Positions 28,723 to 40,588 of a stretch of 64,000 bases of DNA are shown one piece after another (the first letter of the stretch is position 1; every line of letters starts with the position of its first letter). The stretch comes from an uncultured Gemmatimonadaceae bacterium (lineage in GTDB: Bacteria; Gemmatimonadota; Gemmatimonadetes; Gemmatimonadales; Gemmatimonadaceae), in the NCBI GenBank assembly GCA_963829055.1, contig CAWHHI010000004.1:704001-768000 (forward strand), read 5' to 3'. Made by a program: the position numbers and the translations under genes. The notes beneath the pieces were generated by a model. The model searched no databases and was not told the origin of the DNA. It saw only the letters and a list, made by a program, of their open reading frames with translations.

Positions 28723-31044
28723 TGGAGTGGCGCCGAGCGCTGCTCGCACTCGGCTTGGTCGTCGCTGGTCACTGCGTGGTCGCTCCGGCAACGTTGTCGG
28801 CGCAGGACATCGCGTGCGACAGCGGCGACCTCGAAGTCGTACGGGTCGGCTTCAGCGGGAACACCGCGTTCCCCGACGCGCAGCTCGCGAATGGGCTCGT
28901 GACGACTCCGTCCACGTGGGCGCGGCGCATGTTCCGCATCATCGGCACGAAACACTGTCTCGACACGGCAGAGGTCAAAGTAGATCCCGTCCGGCTGCTG
29001 CTGCTGTATAGCAGGCACGGGTTCACGGGTACCAAGGCTGCGGCGCGCATCGATACGGTGGCGCCCGGAAAGGTCTCGGTGGTGTTCGGCATTCAGGAAG
29101 GTGCGCCGATCATCCTCCAGCAATTCACGATCACGGGGCTCGATTCGGTCCCTCGAAGCGATCGGATCACGGCGGGGCTGCCAGTCAAAGTGGGCGCGCG
29201 GTTCGACCAGGTCGCGGTCGAGGCATCGCGCGACACGATCCTGCGACGGCTCCGTGACAACGGGTACCCGAACGCGGACCTGCTGCGTAGCTACGAGTCG
29301 GACACGGCGAGGCGCGTCGCGACGCTGAAGCTCGACGTGGCCACAGGTCCGCGCGCACGCATCGGTGCCGTGAACGTCGCGGTAACACCGCGCGACGGAG
29401 AGCATCAACAGATCTCCGACGATCGCGTCCTCAGCACGCTCGGCTTCGAAACTGGCGATCTGTATCGCGAGCGTGAGCTCGAAGACGCGAAGCGCGCGTT
29501 GTATCTGTCGGATGCCTACCGCCACGTCGAGGTGACGCCGGATACGACGAGTCTCTCGTCAGCGGGAGACTCTACGATCGACGTCAACGTCTCGCTCGCC
29601 GAGAGCTACATGCGGTCGCTGCGTCCTTCGGCGGGATGGGCGACATTGGACTGCTTCCGGACGCAGGTCGACTATTCGGACTTCGCGTTTCTTGGCGCGC
29701 TTCGGCGCCTCGACGTGAGTGCCCGCGCCTCCAAGATCGGCGTCGGCTACCCGACGGACCTGGACGGCTCGATGAAGCAGCTGTGTTCGGCCAGCGCGCG
29801 GAACGACACGTACAGCGATACGCTCAACTACTACGTGGGTGCAACGCTCCGTCAGTCGTCGCTGTTCGGGCTGCGCGCCGTGCCGACGATCACGTTGTAC
29901 AGCGAATTGCGTTCGGAGTACAAGGTATACGTACGGTACACGCCCATCGGCACCATCCTGTCGCTCAACCAGCAGCTTCGCCCCACGCTCGGCGCCACAT
30001 ACGCGTATCAACTCGAGTACGGACGAACGAGTGCAGAGCCAGCGATTTTCTGTGGTGTCATCGGCGTCTGTGATGTCAACGAACAGAACCTTCTGAAACG
30101 GTCGCAGCGTCTCGCGACGGCGAGTGTCACGTTCGGTCGCGATCGGCGGAACGACGCGTTCTATCCGACGGCAGGCTCCTCGATGTCGCTGGAGCTGCGC
30201 ACTGCCAATGAGGCTCATCGGGTCCGACCCCGATCTGCAGTTCAACAAGATCGTGGCGGACGCGAGCTGGTACTGGGCGCTCCCTAAGAACTCGGTGCTC
30301 GCTGCACGCGTCCGCGCTGGCCTGGTCGTTGGACAACGTATTTCTCTCGGCACGTCCGAGACGGTGTTCATTCCCCAACAGGAGCGGCTGTACGCGGGCG
30401 GCGCGAACACCGTTCGCGGCTACAGGCAGAACGAGCTGGGGCCGGTGGTCTATCTTCCGGATACGCTCCAGGTCTGCATCGCACCAAAGGGAGTCTGCGT
30501 CGAACCAACCGCGGCGGCGATGGACACCGTGTACTTCACATCGAAGCCCAGCGACTCGCCGCGCACGCTACCAGTGGGTGGTAACACCGTCGTCGTAGGC
30601 AACCTCGAGCTCCGCATGCCGAGTCCCTACATTCCCGACCGGTTGCAGATCGCGTTCTTCGCGGACGCGGGGCAGGTATGGACGCGTGGTGGCACAGGCG
30701 CCGAGGAATCGTTCGGCGGCCTGAAGGTCACGCCAGGGTTCGGTATGCGACTGGCGTCGCCGGTCGGGCCAATTCGGTTGGACGTCGGCTTCAACCCGTA
30801 CAACCGGAAGTCGGGCTCAGCGTACTTCGATGCGCCGGCGAGCGGTGGAGAGGCGCCGCTGTATTGCATCAGCCCGAACAACGGCCTTCCGGTCACGGGG
30901 TGGGTTCGCAACCCTGAGCCTGACGCCAAACCGCCCACGCAGGCGATTCCCCCGGGTGGATGCCCGACGTCGTACGAGCCGACCAAGAGCAACGGTTTTT
31001 TCCGGCGCCTGAGCTTCCAGGCGTCCATCGGGCAGGCGTTCTGA
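28722..31044 (+). CDS. tamA: Omp85/TamA-family outer-membrane protein; frameshift near 30208
   Basis: Signal peptide, POTRA-like repeats, YAGGANTVRGY, SPVGPIRLD, terminal SIGQAF; directly upstream of TamB. Confidence 0.87.
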
Positions 31045-31057
31045 GCCTCGGAGACGC

Positions 31058-34000
31058 GTGACTCGACGCCGACTCGTCGTTATCTCGAGCGCTGTCTCGA
31101 TACTCGGACTCGGTCTCGTCGCCGCGCTGGCGGTCGTGAGCGTGCTCAAGACGCAGCTCGGGCGGAATTTCGCGCGTGACTACGTCGCGCGACTCATCGC
31201 GCCGCGCATCAAGGGCAAGGTGTTCGTCGGGAGCATCACGAGTCTCTCGTTCGGCAGTGCGTCTATCGACTCCGTCGAGATTCGCGGACCGGACGACTCG
31301 TTGTTCGTCGCCGCGGGCCGCCTAACGGTTCGGCTCGATCCGCGCGATCTGCTCGACAAGCGCCTGCTGCTGAGTCTCGTGGAGATCGACCGTCCCGTCG
31401 TGCACTTCCGAAAGGACGCAAACGGCAAGTGGAACTACAAAGGCATCTTCGCGACGGGTCCGAGCAAGAAGCGGGTGCCGGGTGCGGAGCGTGGGTGGGG
31501 TGAGTATTTCGTGGCGGACTCGCTCATCCTCCGACACGGGACATTCCTGCTGTCCATGCCGTGGCACCCGGATGACTCACTGCATGGCGCCAAGCGCGAC
31601 AGCGCGATCGCGCGAAACCTCACGCGAAAGGACAAGGTCATCAACCGCACCGCGTCGGGGTTCGAGCGCACGTGGCGGTGGGAGAACATCCATCTCGTGT
31701 CCGGCTACACGCGTCTCGCCGATCCTGATAGCGTGGGTCGCCTGGTCCAGATCGCGAAACTCGACGCCGACGAATTCGATCCGCCGTTCAACTTTCGGAA
31801 CGTGCGTGGCGGCGCGCGGCAGACCGCCGATTCGCTGTGGCTCGACCTCGTGCACTTCGACCTGCCGGGATCGACCGGGAAAGGCGGCTGGCAAGGTCTG
31901 GTGGGGTGGCCCGGACCCGACGAAGTACGACCTGCGCATCGTCGGCGACTCGGTGTCGCTCGCCGACGTCAACTGGGTCTATCCGACGCTGCCGACGACG
32001 GGCGGCGGGTCGATGGTGCTGACGATCAGGAACGAGAAGAACCTCTCGGTCCTCGACTACGCACTGTCGGAGATGGATGTGCGCACGACCCGCTCACGGC
32101 TTCGTGGCAGCATGACGTTCGGTGTCGGTGCTCCCGTGCTCATCGTGAAAGACCTCGCGCTGGAAGCGGCGCCGGTCAACTTCGATCTCATTCGGGCGCT
32201 GAACGGCAAGCCGTTTCCGTACGACTGGCAGGGTGATCTGACGGGTACCGTCCGCGCGCGCGGCGGACCGGTGAACCGGTTTCACGTTGACGATGCCCGC
32301 ATCACATTCGCGGATGCGAACGTGCCGGGAGCGGTGACGCGCGCAACGGGGAAAGGGGATCTCGACATCCTGTTCCCGGCGTTCACCACGTTCCGGGGAC
32401 TGGACGTGGACGTAGCGCAACTGGATTTGCGCACGCTGCAGTACCTCAACCCGAACTTCCCGCGCGTCAACGGTATCGTGTCGGGCACCGCCACGCTCGA
32501 CTCGATGTGGCTCGACGTCAGGCTCCGGAACGCGGACCTCACGCATCGCGACGGGCCCGGCGACTCCACGCGCGCCACCGGCAGCGGACGTGTCACCATC
32601 GGCGACAAGTTCACGAGCTACGATCTCGCATTGAACGCGCAGCCGCTGTCGTTCACGACACTGGCGCGGTCGTATCCGGCACTCCCGCTGCGCGGATCCT
32701 ATCAGGGTCCGCTCCGGCTGCAGGGCTCGATCGATGACCTGTCCATCACCACGGAGCTGACTGGCCCGGGCGGAACGTTCTCCTACGATGGCCGCGTCGA
32801 CGCGTACCCGCGGAGCTACGCTGCGCGCGGGGCGCTGACGTTCTCGAATCTCGACGTCAGAACGCTGCTCGCCAACGACACGCTTCCGGTGACGTCGCTC
32901 AACGGCCGCGTGGACCTCGACGTCGCCGCGGACTCGGCATCGCGTGATTCGACGCTGACGAGCCTCACCGGCCTCGTGTCGGCGACGATCGATCGGTCGG
33001 TCGTCGACAGCATCCGCGTCTATCAAGGGGTGGCGCGCCTCGGATTCGACAAAGGCCGAGTGCGCGTGGATACGCTGCGGATCGAGACGACGGCCGGGGT
33101 GGTGCTCGCCCACGGCGCGTTCGGCCTAACGCCGGTGGTTTCGGACTCGCTCACCTATCGGGTGAGCATCGATTCGCTCGGCGGACTTCGGCGGTACTTC
33201 GGGACCACCGTGACTCAAGGTGTGTCCGTGGCGACGACCGACTCCATCGACGGGTCGGTGGTCGTCACCGGGAGGGTGGGAGGGTCGTTGGATTCACTGG
33301 TCGTGACCGGCGATGTCAATGCGCGGGAGATCTGGGTGCGAGGCGACCAGGCGAAGCACGTGACCGGCGGCTTCGAGGTAGCGCGTGTTCGCAGTGCGCT
33401 CGCCGGGCGATTGAGCCTGCGTGCTGATACCGCGGCGGTCGCAAACGTTGGAGTCACGAGTGCCACGGTCGCGCTCCGCGCGATCGACCGTGAACACGGC
33501 GAATTCCGCGTCGAGGCGACGAGTGCGAATGGGCCACAACTCGCTGTCGTGGGAGCGGCATCGGTTGCGGGCGACACGACGGTCGTCCGATTCGACGAGC
33601 TGGCACTCGGCGTTCGCGAACACAGGCTGAGTCTCGAGCGACCGGCGACACTTACCGTGCGCCCCGATGGCGTGGCGTTGGATTCGCTTCGCATCCGTGA
33701 CGTGAATGCCGGTGTGCTCACCGTCGCGGGCACGCTGCCGACGACTGCGCCGATCGCCTTGACGATTCGCGCGGACAGCGTAGAGCTCGGAGACATCGGC
33801 GAGCTGATTCAGGCAAACGTGCCATTCGGCGGACTCGCCTCGGTGAGCGTGAACATCGCCGGCGTTCGCAGCGCGCCAGAGATCACGATCGACGGATCGC
33901 TGGACCAGCCGCGCTTCGGCGATGTCCGGCTCGATCGCGCGACGCTCGGCGGCAGCTATGTGGCGAGACGCATGCAGGCCAAGGCTGAACTGTTTCGCCG

Positions 34001-35612
34001 CGACCGCTCGGTCCTCGCGGTGAACGCGTCGATTCCGGTCGACCTCGCGCTCGCGTCCGTGCCCACGCGAATGCTCGCCGACTCGCTGCGAGGTAACATC
34101 CGCTCCGACAGCGTCGAACTGGCGATTCTCGAGACCGTATCGCCGGCCGTCGTGAACGCCTCCGGAACGTTCGCCGCAAATCTCGACATTGGTGGCGTGT
34201 GGCCACAGCCGACGCTCAATGGCAACCTAACGATCGCCGGCGGCGCGCTCGGACTGGTGCCGTTGGGCCGGGTGAGGCTGACCAATCTCAACGCGAATCT
34301 GAACTTTCTCGGGGACAGCGTTCACGTCGACCGGTTCACAGCGACCACGCGCGAGGAGCGTGTGGGCTCGCTGTCGCTCAGCGGGTTCGCGAGTCTCGCG
34401 AATCGCGATGACCCGCGCTTCGACCTCACCGTATCGGCGCGCGACTTTCACATCATCGACAAGCCACGCGTCGCACATCTCGATGTGTCGGCCTCGAACC
34501 TGCGCCTGGTCGGCTCGTATTCGCGATCGACGCTCACCGGCCTGATCACGGTGGAACGTGGCACCGTGTTCATCCCGGACCTCTTCGAGAAGCAGGTCAT
34601 CAGCCTCGATAGCCCCGAGCTGTACAACATCATCGACACGACGCTGACGACGAACCGCACGCTGTTGCCGAAGGCGCCGCCGGCGCTCGTGAAGAACATG
34701 CTCGTCGAGAACGTGCAGGTCCGGATGGGCAGCGACGTCTGGCTTCGATCGGCCGAGGCGAACATCAATCTGGGCGGAGCCGTTGCGGTCAGGGTGGGCC
34801 ACAGCACGTCGGAGGAGAGTCCATTCGACCAACTCGCGCTCGAGGGAACGCTCACCACGAATCGAGGCACGTACCGTCTCAACCTGGGCATAGCGCAACC
34901 GAAGTTCATCGTCGAGAGCGGGACGGTGCAGTTCCTCGGAGAACCGGATTTCAACGCGATCCTCAACATCAGCGCGTTGAACACTGTGCACCGCGTGTCC
35001 AGCACCAACCAGGCGGCGCAGGACGTTCGGATTCGCGTGAGGATCGGAGGCACACTCGCGCGACCGCTGCTCACGCTATCAGGCGCCGACAGCCTGCTCA
35101 ACATCTCGCAGACAGACCTGTTCAGCTATCTGCTCACCGGCGGCCCGAGCTTCGCTGTGAACAGTCAGGGCGCGACGGCTAGCCTCCTTCGATCGTTCGG
35201 CAGCTACCTCGGCGACCAACTTCGCGGCTTCGGGCTGTTCGATGTCGTGGACATCGAGCTTGGCCGCCAGGGGATTGTCGCGGGCCAGGGTTTGACCGGC
35301 GGATTGAACAGCATTTTCAGCGGCGCGCGCCTGGGTGTCGGACGCCAGCTTGGCGATCGGGCATTCGTCAGCGCGAATGCGGGACTTTGTCTGGGATCGT
35401 TGCTCGGGGGAAGCTCCAGCAACACCTCCAACCTGTACGAATCGATCGGCGTGAAGATCGACTATCGGCTCAACGAGAACGTCGGCGCGTCAGCGGCGTA
35501 CGAGCCGCCCACGAGCGCGCTGCTGTGTAGCGCGGGCATCGCGGCAGGACGCGGCTTCACGCCAACCCCGCGGCAGTGGGGCTTCGACATTTTCCGAACG
35601 TGGCGGTTTTAA
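31058..35612 (+). CDS. tamB: TamB/AsmA-like large periplasmic bridge protein (about 1500 aa); frameshift near 31885
   Basis: N-terminal TM anchor, long amphipathic beta pattern, C-terminal RIGGTLARPLLTL...DLFSYLLTG and terminal WRF. Confidence 0.85.
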
Positions 35613-36487
35613 GACGGCGCGTTCTTCTCATCGTAAACCCAGGCTCTCGCCGAGGGGCGCGGCGTCAGGCGCTCGCGACGGCGGCGTTCGCACGGCGCGG
35701 CGTGGCGTGCGACCTCGTTCTCACCGAACGACCCGGCCATGCCGCGGAGATCGCGAACGAGCGCGGACGCGCCTACGATGCGGTGTTCACGCTCGGCGGC
35801 GATGGGACCGTGATGGAGGTGATCGGCACGCTCGCTCACAGCAGCGTGCCGATCGGAGTCCTGCCCGGCGGCACCGGGAACCTCATTGCCCGCGTGCTCG
35901 ACATTCCGCTCGGTATCGCCGACGCGGTCGACGCCCTCCTCGACGGTGATGAGGCGCAGATCGACCTCGGGTCGATAGGCGGCCACCGGTTCGCATTTGC
36001 GGCGGGCGTCGGCGTGGATGCCCGGATGGTCGAGACGACGTCGACGGCGCTCAAGGGGCGATTCGGCGTGCTCGCCTACTTCTGGACCGGAGCGCGCGCC
36101 GCGCTGCAGCAGGAGCGGTTCGCGGTGATCGCCACGGTCGACGGCGTTCGACACGAGCGCACGGCCACCATGGTCATGGTGGCAAACTTCGGCGCGGTCT
36201 TCCGGGATCTCATCACCCTCGGGCCCGGAATCCGACAAGATGACGGATTGCTGGACTTGTGCGTCTTCTCTCCGAGCGGGCTGCGGGATTCGGTCCGGAT
36301 AACCTGGCGATTGCTTCGCAAGGATTTTCGCACCGATCCGTGCATGCTCTACACCGCCGGTCGGCAGATCCGAATCGAGACGGATCCGCGCCGACCAGTG
36401 CAGGCCGATGGAGACCTTGTGGGAATGACGCCGTTCGATGTCGCAGTAGAGCCGCTGGCAGCGCACGTGCTCGTGCCGCGCCGCTAG
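35600..36487 (+). CDS. Diacylglycerol/lipid kinase family protein (DAGKc); start approximate
   Basis: LIVNPGS, GGDGT, PGGTGN, DDGLLD, QADGD. Confidence 0.9.
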   Translation: MAVLRRRVLLIVNPGSRRGARRQALATAAFARRGVACDLVLTERPGHAAEIANERGRAYDAVFTLGGDGTVMEVIGTLAHSSVPIGVLPGGTGNLIARVLDIPLGIADAVDALLDGDEAQIDLGSIGGHRFAFAAGVGVDARMVETTSTALKGRFGVLAYFWTGARAALQQERFAVIATVDGVRHERTATMVMVANFGAVFRDLITLGPGIRQDDGLLDLCVFSPSGLRDSVRITWRLLRKDFRTDPCMLYTAGRQIRIETDPRRPVQADGDLVGMTPFDVAVEPLAAHVLVPRR

Positions 36488-36493
36488 GACCAA

Positions 36494-39400
36494 GTGGCCA
36501 CTCACTCCGAGCCGGTCGCCACGCCGCTCGCCGCAGACGAGCGATGGACATCCGAGGAGACGGCGTTGCTGGAGGCGTTGCCGCCGTCGCTCGGTGGGCG
36601 ACTCCGCACGCTCCTTCGTGACCGGGATCACTATCTGGCGCTGCACGCGTCGTTGATCGACGGCGAGCGCGCGACGTCGCTCGACGAGCGGCTGCGCCTG
36701 TTCGTGCAGGCGATTCATTCGATCGGCTACGGACGGGTCGGGATCGCAATTCAGGAAAGCGACCACGAGTCGGCCCGCTGCATCGCGGTAGGGATGGAGC
36801 AGCACGAGGTGCTGACCCTCAGTAATGGGCGCCCCGGTGCAACCGATTGGAGTGCGAACGGGGTGCACGTGCTTCCGCTGCGCACCCCCGCGGGTCACCT
36901 GGTCGCCACGCTCGTAGTCGGAGAGCCTGTCGACGACGGCTCCGCGGCCGCCGCGCGCCTCCGGACGATCGACCTGTTCGCGCAACAGGTCGTCCATCAC
37001 ATCGAGCAGGTCCGGCTCTCTGAACTGACCGCGCGTCAGGCCGATCACCTTCAGCGGTTGCAGACCGTAAGCAGCGCGCTCGCTCGCTCACTCGACGAAC
37101 GCGAGATCTCCCTCGAACTCGCGCGCGGCGTCTCGCAACTCATCGCGTGCGACAGCGTAGTCGTCGTGCACCCGGACCTCGAGCGGTCGACCGTCACGCC
37201 GCTGGTGCGGCTCATCGGCAACACGGAGTACTCGTCGACGGAAGCACCGCTCGGGGACGGCGTGATCGCGCGTGTCGCGCGGACCGGCCAGCCCGTGCTC
37301 GTCGCGGAACCTCACCCGGCGGCATCCGAGCTCATCGGAGCCGACGCGCTGGTCATCGCAGCGGGAACACCGGTGGCATCGCTGCTCGCCGTGCCGCTGC
37401 GCGTGGGGCTGCGACTCGTGGCGGTGCTCGCCGTTGCAAGTGTCCAACACGATGCGTTCTCGGATTCCGATGCGGACCTGCTGCTGACGATGGGCGCCCA
37501 GGCCGCGAGCGCGTTGAGCAACGCGCGGCTCTACGCGGAGAGTCAGCGCGAACGACGTCAGACGGAAGCGCTCGCCGACGTCGCGAAGGCGGTGAGCGAG
37601 TCACTTCGGATGGGTGAGGTCATGCGCCTCATCATGCGCCACGCGATGTCGCTGCTTGGCGTGGAAGGCGCGTCCGTCGCGCTCCGCCGGGATGACTATC
37701 TCCACGTCGTTGCGGCCGGTGGCATCGGCGATGTACTGGCCGGCATCGTGCTGCCCGTGCGCGGAAGCATCAGCGGCCGAGCGGTCGTCGATCAGCAGGC
37801 GATCATCGTGAACGACGTGCCTAACGACCCGGACGTCAGTCGGCAGGCGATGCGGCTGGTCCGCGTGCGTAACACGCTCGTCGTTCCCCTGTCGACCGCG
37901 CGCGGCGTCATCGGCACGCTGTCTGTCTTCAATCGCGGCACGGACTTCGAAGAGGCGGACGCGCGTATCCTGCAGCGGCTCGCTGACCACGTTGCCGTCG
38001 CGATCGTCAACGCGCGGCTGTACGAGGAGCTGGCCGAGTCGAGTCGCGAGTGGACGGTGGCGTTCAACGCCATCCCCACCGCGATGGTCGTCATCGACGA
38101 CGACGGTCGCATCGTGCGGTACAACTCCCGCGCGCTCCAACTGGGACACTTCGAGACGCATCGCGAGCTCGTGGGCCGGCAGTTCTATGAAGCGGTGCTC
38201 GCCGAGTCGCGAGCGATCGGCGACGGTTGTCCGCTGTCGCGCGCGCTCCAGGACGGTGTGCTCGGACGAGAGACGATGCGGTCTCCCGTGCGCGGGCTCC
38301 TGTTCGATGTCGTCGCATCGCCGCACCCGAACGGCGGCGCGGTCGTGACGTTCGATGACGTGACCGCGGCGCACACGCTGGCCGAGCGCAATCGACTCGT
38401 GCTCGACACGACGAATGACGCGATCCTCGTGCTCGATCCGGAGCGTCGCATCTCGTTCGCGAATCCCGCCGCGACCGAACTGCTCTCCGGGCGAGGTGAG
38501 TTGATCGGCACGGCGCTCTCGGCGCTGGTGCCGCCAGAGCACGCCGATGAGATCGAGGCACACGCAGCGGCGACGGCGAACGGCGAGGCGAGGCGGTATG
38601 ACGCTGTGTTCGTCCGGGCGGACAACGACCGCCGCCAGGTGTCGGTGAGCCAGTCGGCGCTGCGCGATGTCACGCGCGTGATCGGGACAGTCGTCGTGCT
38701 ACGCGACATGACTGACGAGCGACGCGCGCGCGACGCGATGACACAGTCCGAAGCGCGGTATCGCAACATCTTCGAGACCGCCACCGACCCGCTGTTCACA
38801 CTCGATACGCGCGGGAGTGTCACGTCAGCGAACGACGCCACATGTCATCTGTTCGACGCATCTCGCGAGGAGCTGCTCGGGCGTCCGATCGCGGGCTGGG
38901 TCGATTCCTCTGATCGCGATGCGGTGTTGGCGGCGTTCCGCGATTCAGGACTCGGCAGAGGGCACCGGTTCGAGTGCGCCGTCGCACGAGGTAGCGGCGA
39001 GCGGCGTCGCGTGTCGGCGACCACGACGCCCATCCGGCACGGTGGACGCGTAACAGGTGTGCTGGTCCTCGCGCGAGACGTGACGGAGCATCGGGAGCGT
39101 GACGCCGCGCTGGCTCGTTCGGAAGCCCGATACACGGATCTGGTGGAGTCAGCGTCCGACGCGATCTTCACGGTCGATCGCGATGGCAACTTCACGTCGG
39201 TGAATCGCGCGCTCGAGATCGCGACCGGGAAATCGCGCGCCGAGCTTCTTGGCGCGCACTTCAATACGGTGATCGACGCCCGTGACCGCGAGGAGTGCGG
39301 GCAAACGCTGCTCGATGCGCTTCAGGGCCGACGCGAACGGCGCGAGCTTCGCTACCTGGATGGGAACGGCGTCGCGCGACCAGGGGCCATGCTCGCGTCA

Positions 39401-40588
39401 CCGGTGACCGAAGGCGACACGGTCGTTGGCGCGATGGGTGTGGTGCGCGATGTGGGTGAGGAGAAGCTGCTGGTGGAGCAGCTCGTCCAGCAGGAGAAGC
39501 TCGCCGCGATCGGGCAGCTCGTGAGCGGTGTCGCGCACGAGCTGAACAACCCGTTGGCCAGCGTGATGGCGTTCTCGCAACTCGTGCTCACGAGTGTGCA
39601 TAACGACGAGGAGCGTGACGACGCGCTGCGCACGATCAACGGCGAGGCCAAACGCGCCGCGAAGATCGTCTCGAACCTCCTCACATTCGCCCGTCAGCAT
39701 CCGCCGCAGCGCACGACGACGTCGGTCAACGACGTGCTCGCGACCGTGTTGGAGATGCGTCGTTATGTGCTCCGGGTTCACGGCATCGAGCTCGAGGAGC
39801 GACTCGACCCGAACGTGCCGCGGATCTGGGCCGATCAGTTTCAGCTGCAGCAGGTGTTCCTCAATCTCATCGGCAACGCGGAGCAGGCACTGCGCGACTG
39901 GCCGGGTGAGCATCGCATCCACGCGACCACGGAAGTGCGCGGCGGTCGCATCCTCGTCACCGTGCGCGATTCGGGGCCGGGCATTCCGGCGGCCGAGATC
40001 GATCGCGTGTTCAATCCGTTCTACACGACGAAGGCGATCGGGAAGGGCACAGGGCTTGGGCTGTCGGTTTCCGACGGCATCATCCGCGAGCACGGCGGCT
40101 CGATTCGCGTCGAGGCGCGCGATCAGGGCGCGTCGTTCGTCGTCGATCTTCCGATCATCGCGCCGCCTGGCGCCGAGCCGATTGGCGGAGCCGAGCCGGT
40201 TGTACACCCGTCGGGCGATCGTGCGCTGACAATGTTGGTCGTCGACGACGAGCCTGCCATCCGATCGGCCATCGTGCGGTACTTCGGCGGGCTCGGGCAC
40301 ACTGTCGATGCGGCGGGCACAGGAGCGGAGGCGTATGCGCTGCTCGAGAGTCGTCGCTATGATGCACTGCTGCTCGATCTGCGAATGCCGGACACGAGCG
40401 GCGATGCCATCTACCGCGACCTCCTCGAGCGCGATCCGACGCACGCATCGCGAGTCATCTTCCTCACGGGGGATGTGCAGAGCGACTCCACCCAGCGGTT
40501 CATCGAGGAGACCGGGCGCGCGAGTGTCATGAAGCCGTTCACGTTCGACGAGCTCACCCGGGCGGTGCTCGCTCAGGCTGCGCGCTGA
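36494..40588 (+). CDS. Cytoplasmic hybrid sensor histidine kinase (GAFs, four PAS, HisKA, HATPase, REC)
   Basis: GAF ends NARLY twice, PAS repeats (NPAA, NDAT, NRAL), AHELNNPL, NAEQA, DSGPG, FYTTK, GTGLGL, C-terminal REC; no TM segment. Confidence 0.93.
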   Translation: MATHSEPVATPLAADERWTSEETALLEALPPSLGGRLRTLLRDRDHYLALHASLIDGERATSLDERLRLFVQAIHSIGYGRVGIAIQESDHESARCIAVGMEQHEVLTLSNGRPGATDWSANGVHVLPLRTPAGHLVATLVVGEPVDDGSAAAARLRTIDLFAQQVVHHIEQVRLSELTARQADHLQRLQTVSSALARSLDEREISLELARGVSQLIACDSVVVVHPDLERSTVTPLVRLIGNTEYSSTEAPLGDGVIARVARTGQPVLVAEPHPAASELIGADALVIAAGTPVASLLAVPLRVGLRLVAVLAVASVQHDAFSDSDADLLLTMGAQAASALSNARLYAESQRERRQTEALADVAKAVSESLRMGEVMRLIMRHAMSLLGVEGASVALRRDDYLHVVAAGGIGDVLAGIVLPVRGSISGRAVVDQQAIIVNDVPNDPDVSRQAMRLVRVRNTLVVPLSTARGVIGTLSVFNRGTDFEEADARILQRLADHVAVAIVNARLYEELAESSREWTVAFNAIPTAMVVIDDDGRIVRYNSRALQLGHFETHRELVGRQFYEAVLAESRAIGDGCPLSRALQDGVLGRETMRSPVRGLLFDVVASPHPNGGAVVTFDDVTAAHTLAERNRLVLDTTNDAILVLDPERRISFANPAATELLSGRGELIGTALSALVPPEHADEIEAHAAATANGEARRYDAVFVRADNDRRQVSVSQSALRDVTRVIGTVVVLRDMTDERRARDAMTQSEARYRNIFETATDPLFTLDTRGSVTSANDATCHLFDASREELLGRPIAGWVDSSDRDAVLAAFRDSGLGRGHRFECAVARGSGERRRVSATTTPIRHGGRVTGVLVLARDVTEHRERDAALARSEARYTDLVESASDAIFTVDRDGNFTSVNRALEIATGKSRAELLGAHFNTVIDARDREECGQTLLDALQGRRERRELRYLDGNGVARPGAMLASPVTEGDTVVGAMGVVRDVGEEKLLVEQLVQQEKLAAIGQLVSGVAHELNNPLASVMAFSQLVLTSVHNDEERDDALRTINGEAKRAAKIVSNLLTFARQHPPQRTTTSVNDVLATVLEMRRYVLRVHGIELEERLDPNVPRIWADQFQLQQVFLNLIGNAEQALRDWPGEHRIHATTEVRGGRILVTVRDSGPGIPAAEIDRVFNPFYTTKAIGKGTGLGLSVSDGIIREHGGSIRVEARDQGASFVVDLPIIAPPGAEPIGGAEPVVHPSGDRALTMLVVDDEPAIRSAIVRYFGGLGHTVDAAGTGAEAYALLESRRYDALLLDLRMPDTSGDAIYRDLLERDPTHASRVIFLTGDVQSDSTQRFIEETGRASVMKPFTFDELTRAVLAQAAR